In this document: positions 1 through 11,156 of the stretch, piece by piece
Layout of the letters: every line of letters begins with the position of its first letter
Position numbering within the stretch: position 1 is the first letter of the stretch
Assembly (NCBI RefSeq): GCF_006345805.1
Contig: NC_043000.1
Coordinates: 35,402,001 to 35,466,000, forward strand
DNA from: Octopus sinensis
Lineage: Eukaryota
Direction: 5' to 3'
DNA length: 64,000 nucleotides
Program-made: the position numbers and the translations under genes
Notes under the pieces: generated by a model
What the model was told of the DNA's origin: nothing
What the model saw: only the letters and a program-made list of their open reading frames with translations
Databases searched by the model: none

Positions 1-153
1 ATATGTATATATATATATATGATATATATGTAATATATATATGCATATATATGTATATATGTATGCATATATATGCATATATATGTATATATATATATAT
101 ATGTATATATATGTATATATATGTATTATATATATACATATATATATATAATG

Positions 154-184
<31 letters not shown>

Positions 185-395
185 ACAATATATATATATG
201 TATACATATATATATATGTATACATATATATATGTGTATATATATGTATATGTATATTTATATGTATGTATGTATGCATGTGTGCATGAATATGTGTGTC
301 GTTATGTCGTCTTTACATGCAAGTGGTGTTCTGTATGTATGAATGTATGTGTATGTATATGTGTATGTATGCGGTCTATACATGTGTGTGGTGTG
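1..395. repeat. Degenerate (TA)n/(TATG)n/(TG)n microsatellite
   Basis: Direct inspection; ORFs 3..425 and 73..342 are just its translation. Confidence 0.95.
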
Positions 396-929
396 AGTTT
401 AAAGGACCGTAGTCGGGTGGATTAGTGGTGTGAAAGCCAATAATCTTTATCGATAGGTTAAATATGTAAAGTGGTTTCATATGTTGTCGTCCAACTGAGT
501 TTCCGGAGAGGTCGGCGCTATGGAGGCCCATCACTCTCGTCTTCGTCGTCGCGAAATCTAATAATCAATGGACAACGGATCAATGAAATTACAACAACGA
601 CAGCAACAAAATCATTAAACAGTGATGAGATTAAATGCCCCTACCACCACCACCACCACCACCGCCAACTACAACAGCAACAGCAACACAAACTACAACC
701 GTAATAGCAGCGATAATAACAGCAACATCATTAAATAGTTACAAGACTAAATGCCTAAAATATTACCACCCCCATACACCCAATCCCACCCTCACCATCA
801 CTGCAACCACCACAAGCACCACTACCACCACCAACAACAACAACAATAACAACAACGGCAACAGTATTGTAAACATGAAATCTGTGGAGTGAGTGATTGT
901 CCTATAAAATATTTGAGACATACAATATT

Positions 930-1140
930 TAGTTTGGTTCTTTACCGAACTGAGTTCGAATCCGTTGGAGCTGATTTTGCTTTATCTCCCACCTGGGTCG
1001 ATCAAATGAAAATATGTTCTTGACACAGAAAGAGTGGAGGTAAATTCTATGGCCGAAATCTTTCATTGTCGCCCACTGACTTTTTTCAACATTTTTCATT
1101 GTAAGGAATATTCGTAAACACAATGGAACGGTATGAAGGA
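930..1140 (-). pseudogene. Possible Penelope-like reverse transcriptase remnant
   Basis: Minus frames give VFTNIPYNE and VKNIFSFD, resembling PLE RT motifs SLYTNIP and NxFxFxG; frameshifted. Confidence 0.4.
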
Positions 1141-1319
1141 ACAACTAGAAAATTCTATAGCTGAGAAGCAGAGGAGGAGGACAGGGTGAGGAGTGGGAAG
1201 GAAAAGGGGATAAGTTTTTAGGCATTTCAAGACTGATGGGAGTAAACTATTTTCGGGCCAAAGATCTTGTCTGAATTCTTGCTAGGGTCAGATGGGAGTA
1301 TGAAACCGGACTACATATT

Positions 1320-1470
1320 GGCTCTCAACAGGTAATTATTTCATCGAACCCGAAAGGATGAAGAAGGGAAAGTCGATTTTGGCGCCATTTGAACTCAGAA
1401 CGTAAAGACAAATGAAATGCCACTAAGCGCTTTGTCCGGACTGCAAACGATTCAACCAGCGCGATGCCTT
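1320..1470 (-). mobile_element. tRNA-derived SINE family B (Meta-domain-like), tail-less, with 17-bp TSD
   Basis: B-box-like GAGTTCAAAT and CTTCATCCTTTCGGGTTCGAT core on minus; TSD aaaccggac(t/c)acatatt at 1303-1319 and 1471-1487. Confidence 0.85.
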
Positions 1471-2029
1471 AAACCGGACCACATATTAAACTAAGAACTG
1501 TCGATGGAACAAAATGTAGCCCCCCCCCCCCCAACGCCAACATTTACGACGTAGTTTTTTTAAATTTCTGGCTTGAAATAAATTCATTTTCTTTGTGCTA
1601 CCATTTATAAAGAGATAAACCTCACCAATTCCCATTTTCCATCTCTAAAAATGTATTGATCTTGTGGTGTCGAGTCAAAAGTAAAGAACCGCAATAATAA
1701 TAGCAATTTAATTATTAATATATTTAATTATTAATATATTTAATTATTAATATATTTAATACATAAAACATCAGGAAAATGGTTAATATTGTTTTGTTTC
1801 GATAAGGGAAACAAAATCTGGTAATATTTCGGTTTAATGATCTCAGTATCAATGTGTATGCATCATGGTACCTACCGGAATAATGGTACAGCGACCAAAT
1901 ACAAGGGTGCAACAGTAAAACCTCTCATATTTTCACGGCCACAGGAGCGTTGCAAGAGAAGTAAGGCAAGCGGTAATGGTGTCTTCATGCAGATGTTTTT
2001 CTGTTTATCTTGTTTTTTTTTTGTGTGTA

Positions 2030-2125
2030 GACTGGTGGTTAGGGTGTTGCACTCACGATCGCCAGAACGTGGTTTCGATTCCCGTACCGGGCAGCATGTT
2101 GTGTTGTTGAGTAAAACGTTGCTCT
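2030..2125 (+). mobile_element. tRNA-derived SINE head fragment (CORE-type family D)
   Basis: TGGTTAGGG A-box part, GGTTTCGATTCCC B-box, then GTGTTGTTGAGTAAAAC as in copies at 14217 and 25352. Confidence 0.65.
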
Positions 2126-2271
2126 AGCGCTGTGTGGGGATCAGCTTGTCAAAGAATAGACCTAATGTTTCCTTTGCATGTTGTAAAAGGCGACTAAAAG
2201 AGGTTGCGGTTGAGTAGGGAACCACCAACAACTGTTGGATGCAGCGACGTGCTGTTGTAGCGCATACCTCC

Positions 2272-2305
<34 letters not shown>

Positions 2306-2384
2306 CGTGGTTTAGAGTGGTACACATCGCGTGTTTGGCGGTGAAATGTTTATCAAGAATCTCGGAAGGAATTTGGTACAAATA

Positions 2385-2530
2385 GGCGCAGGCTCTGTGG
2401 TATAGAAATTTGCTTCCCAGCCACATGGTTCCGGGTTCAGTCCCACAGCGTGGCACCTTGCGCAAGTGTCTTCTACTATAGTCCCGGGCCGACCAAAGCT
2501 TTATTAGGGGATTTGGAGATGGAAACTGAA
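2385..2530 (+). mobile_element. SINE family A, 5' half
   Basis: Matches the full copy at 9794-10261 (GGTTCCGGGTTCAGTCCCAC...CTACTATAG...CCGACCAAAGC). Confidence 0.85.
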
Positions 2531-2679
2531 ACCAGAACCATATCGTTGGGAAGCAAGCATGTTACCACACACACACACACAACACACACACACACACACA
2601 TCACATCACAAACATATACGTCACAAACACACACATCATACACACACATGTATTCAATATCGGACAATGTGCAAAGCAA

Positions 2680-2850
2680 CGTTAAATCTCTTTACGTTGT
2701 GAGTTCAAATCCCGCCGAGGTCAACTTGTTCTTCCATCATCTCGGAATCGATAAAATAAGATACCAGTGAAATATGGGGACGGTGGCGGTCAACAAAATC
2801 CCTCCTCACAAAATTTCAGATTTCGTACTTTCGTTAGAAATAGTTATTAG
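2680..2850 (+). mobile_element. SINE family B, degraded
   Basis: GAGTTCAAATCCCGCCGAGGTCAAC...GATAAAATAAGATACCAG, as in other family B copies. Confidence 0.75.
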
Positions 2851-3559
2851 ATTATTAACCCTGTCAGGCCTCATTCCCGCCTTAGCAGGAATATGTTAAA
2901 GGTCATCTCTACCGGATTCTTGGATGCCGGATAATGAACAACACACGTAGATAAAGAAGATGCAGCCGATTCCGTCCATTAGTTTTCTTGCAATCGTTAC
3001 TCTTAAACTGTATATGTAACTAGTTTTTTTTTTGTCTTTGTTTTTTGCTTGGAAACCCAGGTTGGGGGTAAAGTTAGACATAAGGGTCAAGATCTGAGAG
3101 GGTTGAAACAATATACCCACAGTCACACCAACAATTCTACAGCGACCACCACCACCAATATCAACAACAAGAGACAAAAATGTTTCAGTCTTTCTATAAC
3201 GGCGATTATTATTTCTCTTCCATTTTTAAAACTTCTTTTTAGAATTTCTTCATGGCCAAACTGGAGCACCTCCTTTATCTGATTTTAAACAAAAAACACC
3301 ATATCCTTCACATTAGAGACAATTTTTTAAAAAGTCTTCAACACCCTCTCCTCTCTCTACGTCCATCCTCCTCCATCTTCTCCTCGTCTACCTCATCATC
3401 CTCTTCTGCCTCCTGCCCCTTCCTTATATACCATATTCCAAACTCCACAATTCTTCCATCTTGTTGCCATTTTTTCTTCTCTCTCTAAATCGTTTCCTTA
3501 TATATATATATAATATATATATATATATATAATATAATATTGTGTCAAGAAAATGAAAT

Positions 3560-3927
3560 ATTCTCTTTCCTTCCTTCCTTCCTCCCTTTCTTTCTTTCTT
3601 TCTTCTTTGTTCTTTCTTTCTTTCTTTCCTCCCTTTCTTTCTTTCTTTCCTCCTTTCTTTCTTTCTTGCTTTCTTTTATATATATCTCTCTCCGTTCTTT
3701 CACCTCTTTCTTACATTTCCTTCTTTCCTTCTATTTTGTCCTCCTTTTCACTCATTCCCTCATTCCATCATTCTTTTTCTTTCCCCATCAATTCTCCTCT
3801 CTCTTCACCCTACCACCCATTCCCAATCCACTTCACATCACGTGATGTGCAGTCGACAATTTTGATGTTTAAAAACACATTTTCAATTTCAAGTATTTGT
3901 TTTATATTTTTATTGTCCAAGTTCAAC

Positions 3928-3958
<31 letters not shown>

Positions 3959-4010
3959 CTTCTTTTCTTCTTCTTCTTCTTCTTCTTCTTCTTCTTCTTT
4001 TCTTCTTCTT
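3560..4010. repeat. Pyrimidine-rich (CTTT)n/(CTT)n low-complexity tract
   Basis: Direct inspection. Confidence 0.9.
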
Positions 4011-4078
4011 TATAAACATCCTTTCACTTCTCCACAATAATCAGTGTCACCAAACTAAGAACACGCACACACACACAG

Positions 4079-4113
<35 letters not shown>

Positions 4114-4469
4114 CACACACATTCCCTCCAACACCCACTCATTTGTCGTCTCTCCCTTAGCCTCTCTCTGTCCTTTTTGTTACTCACAATCTATATTCAA
4201 ATACAGTTTCACTCAAATGCTATCACATCCTTATCAACAAATCTCTGCGTTTCTCTTCCGTCCATCTTTTCTCCAACATTTCTTCCCGTTCACTCCACTC
4301 TCATCCATAGTTGCTGTCCCCTCTCTTAACTAATGTCCTCATCAGCATCTGTTGCCTGTTAAATTCTTCGGTGAATCTTCTACACATGAATATTTCTCTT
4401 TTCACATAAACTTCCTTCTAAAATAACTCTCTCTCGGCTTTCTTACACGAGTTTATCAACTTTTTGATA

Positions 4470-4660
4470 AAGAAGAAGAGAAGAAGAAGAAGAAGAAGAA
4501 GAGAAGAGAAGAAGAAGAAGAAGAAGAGAAGACAAGAAGAAGAATAGAAGAGAGAAGAAGAAGAAGAAGAAGAAGAAGAAGAAGAAGAAGAAGAAGAAGA
4601 AGAAGAAGAAGGAGAAGAAGAGAAGAAGAAGAAGAAGAAGAAGAAGAAGAAGAAGAAGAA
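4470..4660. repeat. (GAA)n microsatellite
   Basis: Direct inspection. Confidence 0.95.
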
Positions 4661-4838
4661 GATACAGGAGGATCTGTTAATTATGATTTTATTCACCATA
4701 TATCCCTCTCAGATTTACACACTTATTGCATCAGTCCTTCAGTTTTTCTCAGCATTGTAAAGGAACTCGGAAGGTTGGGCCTCCAACCAAGCCTCCACGA
4801 TACCCTTAAAGCCAGGAACTTTTCTGCAACCCATCGCG
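4661..4838 (-). mobile_element. Mariner-derived MITE: TIR joined to transposase C-terminus; other end lost at the (GAA)n array
   Basis: Minus starts CGATGGGTTGCAGAAAAGTTCCTGG (mariner-type TIR), then EAWLEAQPSEFLYNA / KLKD*CNKCVNLRGIYGE*, like the mariner transposase end (GIxKLxxRWxKCVxxxGxYxE). Confidence 0.75.
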
Positions 4839-4846
4839 TGTATGCA

Positions 4847-4908
<62 letters not shown>

Positions 4909-5399
4909 TTATATAGTGTAATAAATAAAATATATGCATACATACAACATATATGTACGTACCTACATCTACATGTATATATACATGCATATATATATAA
5001 TATATATACGTGTGTACAGGACACCACAAATAGACGTAGAAACTCAACGAGAGAAACGAAAACGTTAAAAAACAGCATGGAACGGACCATTCCTTTACAA
5101 CGAAAAAAGCAGGGTACAAGACAACTACACAAGGAAAAAATCCCTTTCATCAGCCGTCCCTAGTTCAACTCAGAGTGTTTCGAAGGTGAGGACAGAACAC
5201 GTCTCGTCGAACTAATCCTTCCTGCGAAAGAATCAAATAAAATTCCTTTGCAGAGGGGTTAAAACAAGGGAAAAAAATGTCACAAAACAGGACGTAAAAA
5301 CAATACAATTAAAAACAAATACAAATAAAAAACAATTACAAGAATATATACAGTATATATATATATATATATATATTATATAATATATATATATATATA

Positions 5400-5716
5400 T
5401 CTTTATCTCTTACTGGTTTCGGCAGGGCTGAGGCCATGCTGGTGCACCACCTGTAGTTACTCGTTGTTGTTTCCAGTATTGCTTTTTGGTGAAGTAGTGA
5501 ATTGGATGGAGCTGCTGTTCGTTGCATCTCCTGCCGCAATGTGGGTTCATCTGGTATCTCAGATAGAACCTGTCTGGACGTTAACTGCAAACTTCCACAT
5601 CAACACCATGTAGATCTCTAAGGTTGCCTGGAAAGATGTTGAACAATTGCGGGCCTTGAAACCCAGACTATTGCAGTACTGTGTCCTTATTTTAGATGAA
5701 GAAGAAAGTGGGATCT
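5400..5716 (-). mobile_element. CR1/L2-group LINE 3' end (ORF2 C-terminus plus tail)
   Basis: Frameshifted minus translation SKIRTQYCNSLGFK / PQLFNIFPGNLRDLHGVDVEV / LSEIPDEPTLRQEMQRTAAPSNSLLHQ. Confidence 0.8.
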
Positions 5717-5898
5717 AAGTTCAGTACTTATTCTGTCGGTCTTTTACCAAACCACTAAGATACGGAGACATATACAAACCTACACCGGTTGTAGTGTGGA
5801 CAAAGACGAATACACACACATGCATACACATTTATACATACATACATACATACAAACATACATACATACATACATACATACATACATACATACATACA

Positions 5899-5929
<31 letters not shown>

Positions 5930-6070
5930 TCGAGACGGTCTTCTACCACAGTTTCCCTCTACGAAATCCCAAGGCATTGGCCGTCCGAGACCATAGTTGT
6001 ACAGCGGAGCTTAACTCGAAACCACGTAGTTACAAAGGGAGATTGTTAACCACACAGCCATGCCTGTGCC
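5717..6070 (-). mobile_element. SINE family A head and body, fused to the LINE 3' end
   Basis: GGCACAGGCATGGCTGTGTGGTT head, internal (TATG)n, GACCGACAGAATAAGTACT; the normal SINE tail is replaced by LINE sequence. Confidence 0.75.
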
Positions 6071-6279
6071 TAAACTAAATGTTGTATATGTTGCAAGACG
6101 TATACATAATATCGACGAGTAGAAATGGCTAAAGTGTATAAGTTGCGACATTATTATGGTTAATACGGCATAAAAGGAGGGCTGGGGAAGTGTAGTGCGG
6201 GTGGAGTTTGAAATTTGAAATAGCTAGGAGTTACTAAGTAAATTTTTGTACAAGTTATAGTTAGATATGGTTAAATATG

Positions 6280-6760
6280 TTGTGCCTGGGGAGAGTCATT
6301 TTCTTTTTGTGCCTTATAATTTAACACACTCAGCAGTAAAGAATCTTGCAAACCAGATCCAAAAACGAGATGATTAAATATGTTTTTTTTTATTTAAAAG
6401 CTTTATAAAGAATTTAGAAAGATGTACATATAAACAAGTATTATCTAAGTGGATATGAATTTGGTATAAACCTGTTTTAATGCTTCTGTATTTGCAAAAG
6501 ATTATTTTATTCTGTTTATTAAGAAGAGGGGATTTGGCAAAGAGTATTGCCAAGCTCTGCAAGACGTTTTGTTTCTTGTATATGATTTAAATCGAGACAA
6601 AACATTCAATTTCAAAATGTAAAATAGGTGACATTTTGCGATTGGCTGATAAATGGGGCTAGAAAAATATTTGTGACTTTTGTTATAGCTTTTTCTAATA
6701 ATCTTCACTATCAATTGTAATTTCATTCCGCCAAATATGTTCTCCGCGAACCAGTTGCAT
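6280..6760 (-). mobile_element. Penelope-like element remnant (GIY-YIG endonuclease C-terminus and 3' region)
   Basis: ILKLNVLSRFKSYTRNKTSC / ILFAKSPLLNKQNKIIFCKYR resembles the PLE end IKWKIL..AKPY....C.LC..EK..IL....LLNKRNEI...CRH. Confidence 0.6.
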
Positions 6761-7504
6761 TTTTAGTCATGTACTGCAGCAATGTGCTGTACAATGTAAG
6801 AATTCTTCTTACGTCGGTCCCATATCAATTTTTTTTAAAAATACGCTTCAATAATCATAATCATACTTTCAGATTCCCTGACGTACGTCCAGAAAATATT
6901 CGCCTGAGAATTAAAAACAAACTGACAATACTTTATCTTCCTATTTTGCCGACTATATCATTTGCATCACTAATAATGTCATAGACTGCATTAAATCTTA
7001 ACTTTGTAAAGAATTATACGTTAGCTAAACTGGTCGACGCACCACATACCGATTCCATAAGTACTTTCTTAATGTACATTACAACTTCACGGTCCACCTA
7101 AGCATGTGAATCAGTATTTCAGCGACCCAAGCCAGACCAACCTCTCGATCTTCGGATTACTTTAACACCACGGATTCTCTTCCATCAACGGAGTTCATGA
7201 GCGAAGGCACACTTTCACATTGGGAACGACTTCTTCTCGCGGTGTCAATCACAAATCACATTTCTGTTTCTCTGAAAGCCTCCCTATCTGTTCATATGCA
7301 CGAACATTGACAGGACTCATAGTCTCATCAGGCTCCAAACGTTTCCTGCGTTTTGGGTGCGGTTCACAACACTGTAACTACCGCCCTTTTGCCAAGGATT
7401 GTCAATATGTATATATTCTGAATCAAAAATGTGTGCGTGTGAGTGTGTGCCTAAGTATCTATGAATGTATACGTATTTATATGCGGGCATGTGTGTATGT
7501 ATAT

Positions 7505-7660
7505 GTGGATATAAATGTATGTATATATATGCATACATATGTATATATATATGCATACATATGTATATATATATATGCATACATATGTATATATATATAT
7601 GCATACATATGTATATATATATATGCATACATATGTATATATATATATATATATATATAC
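7505..7660. repeat. About 22-24 bp minisatellite (GCATACATATGT + (AT)n), about 5 copies
   Basis: Direct inspection. Confidence 0.85.
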
Positions 7661-7980
7661 ATGCATAAACCAATGCAAAATGACACATGGATATATATAT
7701 AAGAACATATATATCGAATTAACCAGATAAACACACGCGCGCGCGCGCGCACACTCACACATACGCATACTCACACACTCACACACACATACATGCACAC
7801 ACACACACCTGTGCAGAGAATCACAGAACGTGGAAGTATCAAACAATAGTTGTGTTCTTGAAGCGGTAATGGTATTTTGGATCTCGTTGCCATGCATGCG
7901 TATGAGTGTATTTAACTACATAATGTGTGATGTGTGTGTGTATGTGCGTGTGCGCGCACGTGTTTGCGTACGTGTGTGAG

Positions 7981-8011
<31 letters not shown>

Positions 8012-8041
8012 CTGTGTGTGTATGTGAAGTTAAATCGATAG

Positions 8042-8090
<49 letters not shown>

Positions 8091-8679
8091 TCTCTCTCAG
8101 ATTCACACCCGATCATTACAATGGATTAAGAGGACAGCTGGAAAATTGCAAAAGGCTTCACTCAGCTTCGATTCAGCTTTAATTATTATTGCTATCAAAT
8201 ATTACCCAATAGATGGCAGCACGGCACAAATACGAAGAAGGATTTCATAAAAGAAGACACGAAATATCTTCGTTCAAAAAGGTATAGAAATATGTAAATA
8301 TAATAAGGAAAGAAAGAAAATGTTAAAGATATAAAAAAAACGAAACCGAAACGAAAGGAATTGGTAATTTGTGGAAAATCTCGCCAGCTGCATCTCTCTT
8401 TTTTTTACATACTTCGGTTAGTTTCTAAGAAAACCGTTTAATTATAATACTAGGAATATTATCCACAATGTCTCAAGTTGTTAATCTGTCTTCCTCTCTC
8501 TCTCTTTCCTCTTCTCTATACACCTGTCCCCTTCTCCACCTCCCCCTTGTGTATCTTGTTTCTATTTTTCACTCATTCAACTCAAAATAGCTTCATTTTT
8601 TTTTTCGTTTGTTTGTTTGTGTTTTGCCGGCAATCATATAAAAAGAAACACACCAACATCACCCAAAAAGACTATCGAA

Positions 8680-8895
8680 ACCACCACCACCACCACCACC
8701 ACCACCACCGCTATCTCCACCACCGCCGCCGCTGTCACCACCACCACCACCGCCGCCGCTGCCACTGTCACCACCACCACCACCACCACCGCTATAGCCA
8801 CCACCACCGCCGCTGTCACCACCGCCACCGCCGCCGCCGCCGCCACCACCACCACCACCGCCGTCGGCGCCGCTACCACCACAGATGCTGCCGCC
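8680..8895. repeat. (CCA)n/(CCG)n compound trinucleotide repeat
   Basis: Direct inspection; source of the poly-His/Thr/Gly ORFs. Confidence 0.95.
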
Positions 8896-9248
8896 TCCCT
8901 TAATCGTACCATCGGACGACTTGTTCAATAGTAAGATCGCCAATAATCAATGCTATCTCTGACTCCGACGCTAAAGAAGTTATGTCATTCTTGTACAAAA
9001 CGAAAAACTCCAGAAACTTTTCTCTTTTTTTTTTCCTGGATTTTTTTTCCTTGATTTATAATGTGTTTTGTTTCGTAATTATATTTATTCCATCGCTTAT
9101 TTATAATTCGAAGTTTCAGGTGACCATTTAGGATGACCAGCGAACAGAAATTCGCCACAATATCATATTGACATATTTTATCACCCTAGATCAGTGGTTC
9201 CCAACCCTTTCATTTAAATGTATTTTCCCGCAGACCCCTTTTAATATG

Positions 9249-9297
<49 letters not shown>

Positions 9298-9330
9298 GTA
9301 TATATAATCATACATACATATAATATATAT

Positions 9331-9394
<64 letters not shown>

Positions 9395-9396
<2 letters not shown>

Positions 9397-9590
9397 GTTG
9401 AAATTTAGAGAAAAACAAAAGACGAAGACAGGTGTGTAACAACAAGCTGGTGTATTTGTTGATGCTCGGGAAGGAGAGAAAGCCTTTTACGTTTCGAGCC
9501 TACGCTCTTCAACAGAAAGGAACACGAGGAAATAAACAGAGAAAGGATTTTAAAAAAACTTTTGGAGTTAGCGGTCAATCATGGCGTCTG
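9395..9590 (-). mobile_element. Penelope-type terminal-repeat fragment embedded in (TA)n
   Basis: Flanked by (TA)n on both sides; contains a hammerhead-like fold. Confidence 0.6.
9483..9520 (-). ncRNA. Minimal type I hammerhead-ribozyme-like motif (core variant CUGUUGA)
   Basis: ccttt-CTGTTGA-a-gagc(gtag)gctc-GAAA-cg-TA-aaagg: 5-bp helix I, 4-bp helix II, palindromic ACGU helix III, GUA site. Confidence 0.6.
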
Positions 9591-9644
9591 ATATATATAT
9601 ATACATGGAAATAAGTATATGGATTGATGGAAAACCTCTATAAA

Positions 9645-9728
9645 TGGCTGATGATTGCTCAACATTTTAAAACTGTTGTAATACTTACAATGTTTAATAA
9701 AATGATGTTGCGTGAAACGATCGTACCA
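9645..9728 (+). ncRNA. Minimal type I hammerhead ribozyme with extended helix II
   Basis: tgg-CTGATGA-(long imperfect hairpin 9655-9713)-GAAA-cgatcg-TA-cca; canonical core, palindromic helix III, predicted cleavage after 9725. Confidence 0.65.
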
Positions 9729-9793
9729 AATTATCGAAGATATTCTTGTTGCTTATTTTGATTATATATTTAAATAAATATATATATATATAT

Positions 9794-9975
9794 CAGGAGT
9801 GGCTATGTGGTAGGTAGCTTGCTTACCAACCACATCGTTCCGGGTGCAGTTCCACTGCGTGGCACCTTGGGCAAGTATCTTCTACTATAGCCTCGGACCG
9901 ACCAAAGCCTTGTGAGTAGATTTGGTAGACGGAAATTGAAAGAAGCCCGTCGTATATATATATATATATATATAT

Positions 9976-10007
<32 letters not shown>

Positions 10008-10016
10008 GCGTGGTAT

Positions 10017-10060
<44 letters not shown>

Positions 10061-10261
10061 TTGTGTGTCTGTGTATGTCCCCCAACATCACTTGACAACC
10101 GATGCTGGTGTGTTTATATTCCCGTAACTTAGCGGTTCGGCAAAAGAGACCGATAGAATAAGTACTAAGCTTACAAAGAATAAGTCCTGGGGCCGATTTG
10201 CTCGACTAAAGGCGGTGCTCCATCATGGCCACATTCAAATGACGGAAACGAGTAAAAGAGT
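9794..10261 (+). mobile_element. SINE family A, near full length
   Basis: tRNA-like head, conserved body, internal (TA)n(TG)n, 3' module ending CATGGCCACATTCAAATGACGGAAACGAGTAAAAGAG. Confidence 0.92.
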
Positions 10262-10525
10262 ATATATATATATATATATATATATGAAATTTTGAATTTA
10301 GCTCACGGACCCCCAGCACAACTTTTGCGAACCACCAGGGGTCCGTGGACCCCAGGCTGGGAACCACTTACCTAGAAGAATGTTAAATATACACATAAAG
10401 ATAAGCATATTAAAAGGGGACCGTGAAAAAACTTATTTAAATAAAAGGTTTGGGAGCCATCGTTAGGAACCATTCTTCTAGGTTGATAAAATATGTCAAT
10501 ATAATATTGGGCCAAATTTCACGCA

Positions 10526-10941
10526 TACTCTTTTGCTATTTTACTTGTTTCAGTCATATGACTGTGGCCATGCTGGAGCATCGCCTTTAGTCGAGCAAAT
10601 CGACCGCAGGACCTATTCTTTGTAAGCCAAGTTCTTATCCTATCGGTCCCTTTTGCCGAACGGCTTAGTTACAGGGACGTAAACACACCAGCATCGGTTG
10701 TCAAGCGATGGTGGGTGGGGGAACAAACACAGACACACAAACATATACACACACATTCATATATATACATATATACGACGGGCTTCTTTCAGTTTCCGTC
10801 TACCAGTTTCCGACCACTCACAAGGCTTTGGTAGGCCCAAGGCTATAGTAGAAGACACTTGCCTAAGGTGCCACGCAGTGAGACTGAACCCGGAACCATG
10901 TGGTTGGCAAGCAAGCTACTGACCACACAGCCATTCCTGCA
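10526..10941 (-). mobile_element. SINE family A, near full length, inverted relative to 9794-10261
   Basis: Reverse-complement match to the neighbouring copy along its length. Confidence 0.92.
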
Positions 10942-11156
10942 CATGATAGCCTTTCCTACAAATATATTTTCATTTGAGATATGGTCAACAGTGAACTATT
11001 GTGAGAGATTGTTAAAAATGTATATTTGCGACAGAAGTAGTATTAGCACCTAGGGGAATATATATATATATATATATACTCCCTCTTAAATCCATGTTTA
11101 AGTGGAGTAAAATATTGTGAGAGGGGCAGATTGCTTAGTTCGGATATTCTGGCATA

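Larger units (their letters stand above)
9192..10369. mobile_element. hAT/Charlie-type MITE with nested insertions
   Basis: TIRs CAGTGGTTCCCAACC / GGCTGGGAACCACTT; 8-bp TSD-like ccctagat (9184-9191) / acctagaa (10370-10377) with CTAG core; GGACCCC/GGGGTCC subterminal motifs. Confidence 0.85.
9148..10519. mobile_element. Small foldback/MITE with about 50-bp inverted arms; left arm split by the hAT insertion
   Basis: Left arm aaattcgccacaatatcatattgacatattttatcaccctag..aagaatg (9148-9191 plus 10370-10382) is near reverse complement of 10471-10519. Confidence 0.7.

Noticed and set aside
5130-5200. CTGATGA and GAAAC on the minus strand as a hammerhead
   Set aside because: Helices and an NUH site could not be assembled into a valid topology.
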